A DNA stretch of 64,000 bases from assembly GCF_000150275.1 (NCBI RefSeq), contig NW_002060972.1, positions 62,001 through 126,000 of the forward strand. The letters run 5' to 3'. Under the pieces are notes generated by a model that saw nothing but the letters and a program-made list of their open reading frames with translations, was not told the DNA's origin and did not search any database. The position numbers and the translations under genes are program-made. The stretch comes from Trichoplax adhaerens (lineage: Eukaryota; Animalia; Placozoa). Each line of letters begins with the position of its first letter. Positions within the stretch are counted from its first letter, which is position 1. Below are positions 55,476-64,000 of the stretch, piece by piece.

Positions 55476-56183
55476 TAACTAATTTTAAAGATCATTGACA
55501 TCGAATGACCCTTTTAACTTAAAAGTAATGATATAAGCTGATTATTTTAAAATTTTTTATCAAAATTAAGTACATAAAATAGTCCAGCTATGTGTTACAG
55601 CTACGAAACTCTTCTTACAAATAAAAACGATAAAAAAATGATTTCTTAGTTTGTTATGTTACCGTAAGTATAGCCGTGGACTAGTAAAAGAAGCCTTTGA
55701 AGCAGCAAACGAATATATTGTGTTAGTGTTCTTGTTATTGCTATGATTAATTAATCTATCGATTCATAGATAAAAACTAAGGTAATAATATTATAAAATT
55801 AATCTACGTTAAAAGCATTGATATTTCTTATTATACAAAATTTGAAGGAAAGTGAAAAAGATTTTACCTCCATAAAAATTAGGTCTATGGGAAAAGTTAT
55901 CAATTAGCGATACTTATATACTTCTAGCGCAATTTTACTAGGAATTAATCCTTTAATTATGGCCATTACAAATTTTAGAAATATTACAAGTATAATTAAA
56001 TCTTCTCGAGACGAGAGTAGAATTGTCTTTACAGGAGTAATCGTTAAAATATGGTGCTGAAGGTAGCAACCACTCGGCAAAGTTAAGAAGCCGGCCGTTT
56101 GGCTAGAATTAATGATGAATTAGAAAGGGGTTAACACATGCGCTATGAAGATGAGGTTCCAGTAGCTTATTGGCTGGATTGAG

Positions 56184-56655
56184 TCATTGTATTAAGTCCA
56201 GTTCTAAGTCAATTATTTCAATGCACGGATCGTATTGGTAAATATAGCGGCGGATTTCCTTAAAACCGCATGATTTATAAATGGACATTGCTGCTTTTAA
56301 CATTTCTAGAGTGCCCAGTCTCATCCGTGAGTAACCAATGCTCTGTGCTTCTTGAATAATTGTTTCAACTAGTTTTCTTCCCAGTTTTTTCCCTTGAAAT
56401 TTCGGTCTTACATATAGATGCTTCATTTCACACACGCCAGGTTTCAATTCTGCCAGTCCAACACATCCTGCAGCGTTCCCATCATGTAAAACCAACAGCA
56501 GTCGTCCTTTAGGAAGTGCATATCCCTGGTAGAGTTTCAATTTCCTCTGCCAATTCCGAGCGGCATTCCTTAAAATTAGCTAAGTCCCTAAATTCTTGGA
56601 ATAAACAAACGATCTCACTAAAGTCTTTGGGTGTTGTAGCGTGAATAATTTCCAT
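56184..56655 (-). pseudogene. Bacterial-type GNAT N-acetyltransferase, copy 1 (frameshifted)
   Basis: MEIIHATTPKDF...ETLPG then a 2-nt loss near 56522 (gggatatgca vs gggatatatgca in copy 2). The rest (YALPKGRLLL..GCVGL..CEMKHLYVRPKFQGKKLG) is in another frame. Confidence 0.85.
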
Positions 56656-57037
56656 TCTTATCCAAATTTGATAAAAAAAAAACTTAAGAAGCTTAAAAAG
56701 ATGCACTTGCAAATATCTCAGCCATGATAATTCTGAGCGTTTTCTATAGTACTGTACTGCAGTGTTTACATATTTTTTCATTGTACTGTACAGTGTGTAC
56801 CGTACTGTATCAAGGAATACTGTACTAGAAACGAAGCAGTATGGAAATCTACAGTATATACGCAAAAGTGGGTGATTTTGATGTTCAAGTACTGTAGAAA
56901 ACAGACGGATAGACATTTTTGGACACCTTCAAGCTGAATACTGTACGTTTCCTTTCAATCATGATTTCCCAAATGAATGAAGTAAATAATTTTGAATCAA
57001 CATTATAATTGCATCGTACTGTATAAGTTATAGTTGC

Positions 57038-57560
57038 ATGGGGGTAATGCTAATGATGGGAGACATGATAGATATATTCAGCGATATGATGTTTCGTAAT
57101 CATTTCACTACGTTTTATCTTCAAGCTAACAAATGGAAACCAGAACTCAACAACCATGCTAAATGGATGATAGCACGAAAACTTCATTTTCACAACGATA
57201 AATGCTGGATAGAAGTCAATGATATCATGATAGACTAGTGAATAGAAAGTAATTAACTCTAAACTTACTATTTCTGCTTGCCACTTTATCAAGAAATATT
57301 CGTAAGTTAGTCATCTTGTCATCAGTCTCCAAAGTTAATCGAAGATCGATAATATAGAAAATTGGTTTAGAGATCATCGCAAATGCTGCTATGTCCTATT
57401 TAGAGATTACAATTCTTTATTACTTCTTTCTATTTACATACTGTTGGATAAGTACTGTAAGAAAACTATGGACTAACAAAAACTAGTACAATAAAGAATG
57501 GATAATTAAGCTGAAGAAATAGCCATCGATATTAAACTGATTGGAAACTAATGACTAAAA
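57038..57560 (+). pseudogene. Possible degraded 7TM receptor (class B/adhesion-like) fragment
   Basis: Remnants NHFTTFYLQAN..W, DKCWI and a spliceable segment AAMSYLEITILYYFFLFTYCWISTVRKLW resembling TM7/helix 8; multiple stops. A paralogous decayed copy lies at ~40200-40560. Confidence 0.25.
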
Positions 57561-57854
57561 ACCACTTTTTAGTTAGTTAGTTAGTCAACTAGTTCCCGTC
57601 AATTGCTATTGAATTGTCAAGGCTATAATCTTGATTGTCAAGATTTCTTCAGTAATAAATAGTAGCAATTCTCTGACTACCTCGTCCATACTGTACTATC
57701 AGTGACGCTATAACTATAACTATAGTGTAGTATTCGTTTGTTGGAACTGATCTATTTGGTGATATAGCTAATCTCGTCACTTCAAGTCAGTAAAAGGCGT
57801 TTTTCATTAGCGTTGGCGTGTGTAGACTTACTTTGTCACTAGTGGTGCGTGACA
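57561..57854 (+). mobile_element. 5'-truncated copy of the 54488-54992 LTR
   Basis: Aligns with ~54716-54992 and ends in the same gtgaca; absent from the paralogous segment at ~40560-40600. Confidence 0.75.
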
Positions 57855-57959
57855 TATCTATAGTAGAATTTCAATCTCCTTGTATTTCATATTAAGTTGT
57901 AGACAATATTTAATGTAACGTTTAATGCAAATTCATTTCACCTCTCAAATATCACTAAA

Positions 57960-58383
57960 GAAGCGTTCACCAATTCTGTAGCATATCTTTGCATTACTAG
58001 GTAAACCTCTCATTTGAAGATCAGCAATAGTAACACATTGGCAATTGGTCTACCCCAGATGTTACAGCAACGTTTGCCAATTCAGCTGCATATCTTTAGC
58101 AGAAATAATAGCATAATGACAATTGGTCTAATGGAAGTTACAACAGCGTTCGCCAATTCTAGTAAATATTCTTGTATTACTAGGTAAATCTACTATTTGA
58201 AGACCAGGAATAGTAGCATATCGGCAATTGGCTTACCTTGGAATTTAAAGCAGCGTTTGCCAATTCTGTTACATACCCTTGTATCTCTAGGTAAATTTAC
58301 TATTTGAGCCAGCAACAGTAGCATATCGGCAATTGGTCTACCGTAAGAGATATAGCCGGCGGTTTTCGATAGGCAATTGTCAT
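57960..58383. repeat. Degenerate tandem repeat (~76-107 bp units, ~4 copies)
   Basis: gcgtt.gccaattc...ctaggtaaa...tttgaaga...ggcaattggtc recurs; a single unit is present at ~40690-40825. Confidence 0.75.
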
Positions 58384-58439
58384 AGAATTCATGACGAATT
58401 AGAAAGGCGTTAACACATGCGCTATAATGATGAGATTTC

Positions 58440-58801
58440 GGTAACGAATCAGCTCTTTCTAACTCTGCAATAATTCTAATCGCAGATAATTCGGTTTAAA
58501 ACATTTTATTACGGAATTCTCGTTACAACAGTCTTCAACTGCAGGCTATAATCTCAAGTACGAAAGACAATCTCTATAACATTACCTTAACTACTTACTA
58601 GACTCAGTAGAAGAACGAAATTCTACTATTACTGTGGCTCCCTACGAAACTTAACCAGGAACATCCTTTGTTCTACCAACATGACCATATTTGTACATGT
58701 TCTTATTAGCTCGTTAAATGACCATATTTGTACATGTTATTATTAGCTCGATAATATGGACAACAGTATTACAACCTACACAATAACACAACATCATTAC
58801 A
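58440..58801 (-). mobile_element. ~360-bp LTR-like insertion in the 3' flank of GNAT copy 2
   Basis: Absent from the homologous flank of copy 1 (empty site near 56157). Ends ggtaac...ttaca with 4-bp flanks tttc/attc; internal direct repeat at ~37 bp spacing. Confidence 0.6.
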
Positions 58802-58829
58802 ATTCTAGTATCTGATTGGCTGGATTGAA

Positions 58830-59309
58830 TCATTGCGTTAAGTCCAGTTCTAAGTCAACGAATTCAATAACAGGATCGTGCTGGTAAATATAGCGGCGGG
58901 TTTGCTTAAAACCTAGCGATTTGTAAAGGGATATGGCTGCTTTCAACATTTCTCGAGTACTCAGTCTCATCTGTGTGTAACCAATACTTCGTGCTTCCTG
59001 AATAGCTGTTTCAACTAATTTTCTTCCTAGTTTTTTCCCTTGAAATTTCGATCGTACATATAGATGCTTCAATTCACAAATACCAGGTTCCAATTCTGCC
59101 AGTCCAACACATCCCGCAGCGTTCCCATCATCGGAAACCAAGAACAGTCTTCCTTTAGGAGGTGCATATATCCCTGGTAGAGATTCAACTTTAATTTCCT
59201 CTGCCATTTCCAAGCGGCATCCATCAATATTGGCGAAATCCCTGAATTCTTGGAATAAACAGACGATCTCACTGAAGTCATTGAGTGTTGTAGCGTGAAT
59301 AATATTCAT
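58830..59309 (-). CDS. Bacterial-type GNAT N-acetyltransferase, copy 2 (intronless, 159 aa)
   Basis: LPGIYAPPKGRLFLV..AAGCVGL..GICELKHLYVRSKFQGKKLGRKL..EARSIGYTQMRL.T..MLKAAISLYKSLGF. Confidence 0.92.
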   Translation of the reverse strand: MNIIHATTLNDFSEIVCLFQEFRDFANIDGCRLEMAEEIKVESLPGIYAPPKGRLFLVSDDGNAAGCVGLAELEPGICELKHLYVRSKFQGKKLGRKLVETAIQEARSIGYTQMRLSTREMLKAAISLYKSLGFKQTRRYIYQHDPVIEFVDLELDLTQ

Positions 59310-59402
59310 CCTAATCCAAATTTAATAGAGGAGCTATATCGCACAGTTGCCACTATCTCAGTGTTTTCTTCTACTGATTCACAGAGTATTTGATTGTATA
59401 GT

Positions 59403-60021
59403 ATTGAACGAAAGAGTTCACTCATCTATCTGAAATATTCAATACTAACAATGCCTTAAGTCAGAGACATGCAACAGAATAGTTCTTCTCTCTTTCTTTT
59501 CAGAGTCTTTACTATATCAAGCAATACTAGAAAGTAAGCACTAAGTACCATACTAAGCTTACTTGACCTCTAAGCATACACCTTTACTGAGCAGTGTACA
59601 CAGACTATACTGTACAAAACTATTGTATAGCATTTTATAGTACAATACATTGTAAACATGGCTATTATTTTTTCTTCATACATGCGTTATAATGATGAAA
59701 TTCCTGCAATTTATAACCTCAATGTTGTAGCTAGAGCATGAAGTAAACAAATATTAACTCAACATGTGGTTCCTAACCATAGGCTATTCGGTATGTAAGC
59801 TCTCTGATAGGTAGAGACAGTCTAGACAATAACACAGAGACAAAACACGATCAACATGTTGCCGTAGTAATGCCTTCAAGCAACGCCTCGTTGAGGACTT
59901 AGCTAGGAGTTTTTGATAAAAGTAAGAGAGAAGCACTTTTCTGTTACATGCAACTGACTTGAGGCGTTGTTAGCATGGAATACGTCAGATAGATGAGTCA
60001 GCTGGTGCTATTTTGTTCAAG
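59403..60021. mobile_element. MITE/foldback-like element (~90-100 bp imperfect terminal inverted repeats)
   Basis: 59420-59505 (actcatctatctga..ctaacaa.gcct.aagtcag..catg.aacagaa.agt.cttctctctt) matches the reverse complement of ~59912-59999. Confidence 0.65.
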
Positions 60022-63000
60022 GACAGTCGGTCAGAGTATGAGTGTTAGCCATATACCCATTTGAGCAAGTCAATATGGCCATTAGAACTAATTCCTGTGC
60101 TGTATAAAGGACATAGCATTAAATAGAAAAGAGTGAGCTAATAGGCGATTGTATTAGGGCGAAAAGAAATGGCAATTCTGTACTTATCTTTGAACCTGAA
60201 TTTAAAAATTTACTCGCAAGTCAATAATCGAGCCTTGATAAGGTCTAGAACAAGGGGAGATAGTAGCTAGGGTATACAGTAGGATGAAATTATCTTGGTA
60301 TTTTCTGCTAATATTGGTATACATCAGTCTGAACGTACATACGAAGCAGAAACAAAAGTGATCTAGAATTCTTATCCAATACAGGATGCTTTTTGAGGTC
60401 TTATTATAATAGTGATTTCTCAGAGATGAATCTCCTATGCTATTCTAAAATTAATATTAAAGCAAGTAGCTGCTACTGAATAAAAACCGGTAATTTCGTA
60501 CGCCTATAATACAAACAATAAGTGAAGGCCTATTTGTTTAACATCGCAAACGGCGTTTGGCTTCTTTAGATTAAATAGGAACTCCATAAAGCGTAGAATT
60601 CCAAGTTTCTTAATATACAAATAGATAGGTAATTACGTATAAGCTATAGTTAGTTAATGTCACTCCTAATTTGTTAAGAAATGAAGTAATGTACGTTATT
60701 TGCTACGAAATATTACTACTGACCAACAAAATTCGAGGTGAAGTCCATAATTTCGATAGGATTGGTCTTCATTAATAAGTTGATCTGTGTATCTCATTTA
60801 TATCACATAATTATACTACTAAGGTTTCTCGGTATTGACTAATTCAACTAGTAGCTTAAATAGCTGTATTCAGTAGAGTTCACTCTATAAAGTTGTTCAA
60901 TAGATTATGGCACAGTGTGACTAAAGCAATTGTTAGCCGTTTAATTGGTGGAAACCAATGAAAGTATTGCGCTTTACATTTGCATAGTAAACTCGAGAGA
61001 AATAATCCAAGGCTGAGCTGTAAGAAAAAATTGAATAATCCAAGCATATTCCTATCAATGCTCTCGTATCATTAAAACACAGGATGCAGGAAATGATTTA
61101 TTCTATTTTTTTTTGTAGCATAGTATAAACAGCGTATGAAACCAATTACTCAAAATTCGAGTACTAAATTCCATGGCTCAGTATTAAGGTAATTTAAATT
61201 TATTCAGTTTGATATTCAGCTCCTGCTTTCTACATGACGCGATGATCGACTATCGTCAACAATCAATTTACTCGCACTCATCGAATCATGATCATCTTAA
61301 AGTGCTAAATTACCGTTTGACTTTATACTTCCATGCTGGCTCTAGTGGCCTAACTGGTCTAGCAGAACCAATTCTGCACTAATATAGTTGCCATAACACC
61401 GGCATGAATTAATTCTGATTGCAGTGAAGTAATTGTCTTTCATTTTTATCCCATCGCGACGCGATAGCAATATGCCATAAGTCGACATTTAGTACCATAG
61501 CGGATTAAGGATGACCACAAGTTATGAAAACAAGACATTTTTTTGAGTTAATGTTTTAGGTCGTCGAAGCATGTTCTCAACAGATATGAATTCAGTTTAG
61601 TCTGAATCGAGAACCTCTTTTGATTCTCAACATTTAAAGGAAATTTTATCACTATTACATCATAATAAAGTTTCCAATCAAGCTCTTTTACCTTACATTT
61701 AAACCTTTGTCGTTAATAGTTGGATACTACTAGATAGAAGCGGAAAACTTCATTATAGTATTATGTGCTGGAACAAAGCCTTTGCGACAATCCAAATTTA
61801 TTTCAAAAATTATTTTATTTCAAATTGACTTCAAAATCTTTTACTAAGTCTAAGTAGTCATTATATTGTAAGAAAGAAAAAATGATGCCAAACTACTAGT
61901 AATCTATTATAGACCATCAACGGATCATACAGTGCACTCGTATATATTAGCAGTAAACATGCGATAAAGCAGTTAGGGTTTGCAGATCTGTAATGTAGAC
62001 TGCAAAGCGAGCCTGTATAATATTTCATGACTGTTTCTAATTAATTGAAGGCTGATACCGTATATTTCACGAATTATGTTGAATTACGTAATGTTCCAGA
62101 TCAATGACTTTAGCAATTAAAAATTATACAGTATGCACCTTAATAATTGTCGGATATTTTATGAAATACCGACTTTGAGTATAATTAAAATATGTAAAGA
62201 ATAAAATAGTCTGCAAGAATATGCAATACTTTCAACAAAGACCAGCGAGCAACCTCCATTCAAATAGTTGTGTTTATATGGAAACTTTACACATTTACAA
62301 ATTTTAAATAATTAATTTGGAGACATATTCCATTTATATCAGTAGTACCTTACTTTCGTCTAGTTGGCCAATTTCCTGCTGTAGTACAATAAAAATGTAA
62401 CTTGGCTTGATAGCTATACAAAAATGCCAGTTTTACTAATAGATATTGGGAATAAATATAGAATACGAGTATTCGTAGAGACCGACTAAGCATTTTAAAG
62501 TAGTGTATTGCCTGAAGTATGCCTTGCAAAATAACTTTTTTGCCTCAACATTTTCCTTTCCTGGCTAACATGCGATTATAGAACACAAGTCCGTTGTCAA
62601 TCTAAGCCTGTAATAAAGAATAGCTCTACAGTCGTTATTTTGACAGGAGGTCGAAATAGTTTTATTTTCGATCAATCTCTCTCTCCTAGCCATTAACTTT
62701 AGAATGATGGAACTGCATTTTTATACTTAACAAGGATATATGGGAAATAGAATAGGCTATGACACGGAGCCCGATCATAAACACGACAAATAATATCCTA
62801 TACTGTACAATAACGCGAACAAAGTTATTCAAATACTGAGTCTACCGTATAGTAGTAATGAACTAAACATGTATCCAAAATGTTCAGCGACAAAGATTAC
62901 CTTAAAAAGACGATTGGACATACAGTCCATAGGTTGCATTTTAAAGGCTGTTGTATGCTTCTAAAGCAATCTTATTTGAACATGTTGTAGTCTGTTCATC

Positions 63001-63331
63001 GCAGTATTTTTAGCTATGTAATATTGCTAATAAAAAGTGACCTTGTAATCAGTTTAGGTGTTCCACTTTTCAAAAGAATTTGTTTATGCTATCTCCATTT
63101 AGCCAAGTTCAATTCGAAATATACAGTACAATAAGCGACTAGATAGCAATAAAACTGTATATCACACCATATGTTAAGCGATGATAACAATCAACGTTAT
63201 TAATGTACTTGATCGTGGTTTACAACGTGCAGAATTTAAAATCCACAGCCTTCTGGACTATAGCTGTAGTTGCAAATTCACTCAATTGGCAGTGATAAGG
63301 TTCCAGTCTCTTATTCGTTTGAGATATGTTA

Positions 63332-63802
63332 TTATGCTAAGTCAAGCTCTAAGCAAACCGCTTTGGAAAGCGAGTTGTCCTCGTTGATGTCAGGGTGGAC
63401 TTGCTTAAAATCTAATGATTTATAAAGAGATAGGGCTGCTTTCAACTCTTTCAGAGTGTCTAATCTCATCCGTGTGTAACCAATATTCCGAGCTTCTTGA
63501 ATAACTGTTTCAGCTAAAGCTCTACCAAATTTTTTCCCCTGAAATTTTGGTCTGACATAGAGATGTTTCATTTCACAAATGCCAGGTTCCACTTCTCTGA
63601 GTCCCACACATCCAGCAACGTTTCCTTGGTCCAATGCCAGCAGAAGCCTTCCTTGAGGAGGTGCGTATTTCCCTGGTAGATTTCTAAGTACCTGTTGAAA
63701 TCCCTTGCAGCATGTATCAACATCAACAAACTTTCGATATTCTCGGAATAAACAACGAATTTCATCTAAATCATCAGGTATAGTGGCATTGACAATTTCC
63801 AT
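63332..63802 (-). CDS. Bacterial-type GNAT N-acetyltransferase, copy 3 (intronless, 156 aa)
   Basis: LPGKYAPPQGRLLLALDQGNVAGCVGLREVEPGICEMKHLYVRPKFQGKKFGRALAETVIQEARNIGYTRMRLDTLKELKAALSLYKSLDF. Confidence 0.93.
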   Translation of the reverse strand: MEIVNATIPDDLDEIRCLFREYRKFVDVDTCCKGFQQVLRNLPGKYAPPQGRLLLALDQGNVAGCVGLREVEPGICEMKHLYVRPKFQGKKFGRALAETVIQEARNIGYTRMRLDTLKELKAALSLYKSLDFKQVHPDINEDNSLSKAVCLELDLA

Positions 63803-64000
63803 CCTTATCCAATTTCATATAGGCAATCAACATAAGAAAGCTTTCGTACTCGCAGTTGCCAACGATTTGATAAGTGTGATAGTCTGGACTACAGTGGCGG
63901 CAAATTAGCCTTTACACTACTAAATTCAGTATAGTACTATACTCTGTGTAGAGTACTTTTGGGGTCCCAGATACCGCTCTATATGCAGACAGACAGACGC

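Noticed and set aside
57341-57385. Homeodomain helix-3-like peptides IENWFRDHRK (and INNWFSNH at ~40341)
   Set aside because: Preceded by in-frame stops in both copies; tggtttag is better explained as the 3' end of a ~70-nt intron.
57960-58383. Repeat as coding TPR or ankyrin units
   Set aside because: Unit lengths (107/76/107) are not multiples of three and the frames examined contain stops.
61700-62400. TPR-like peptide WILLDRSGKLHYSIMCWNKAF and nearby exon-like pieces
   Set aside because: Too short and interrupted by stops to support a gene call.
56184-63802. GNATs as toxin-antitoxin toxins or bacterial contamination
   Set aside because: No adjacent antitoxin or operon structure, kb-scale AT-rich spacers, and flanks shared with host repeats elsewhere in the window.

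Overview
AT-rich eukaryotic genomic DNA with many short GT-AG introns and two assembly gaps. Gene content and architecture fit an early-branching animal, most plausibly a placozoan (Trichoplax-like); this is inference, not a database result. A housekeeping pair (NFRKB on +, SRPRA on -, convergent) sits inside an accessory, immune-like region. That region holds three multi-exon APAF-1-like genes (CARD-NB-ARC-helical-degenerate WD40; the first is 5'-truncated by the window edge) and an orphan CARD pseudo-exon absent from the ORF track. The first APAF-1-like copy has altered Walker B, sensor-1, GxP and MHD motifs. At the right end is a tandem array of three intronless, bacterial-type GNAT acetyltransferases (two intact, one frameshifted), embedded among host repeats and probably horizontally acquired. 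Also present: a decayed DD41D-like Tc1/mariner transposase with an in-frame PB1-like N-terminal extension, a perfect 32-bp hairpin, several solo-LTR-like and MITE-like insertions, and two promoter-proximal tandem arrays sharing an oriented 11-mer. Exon boundaries were read by eye and are approximate.
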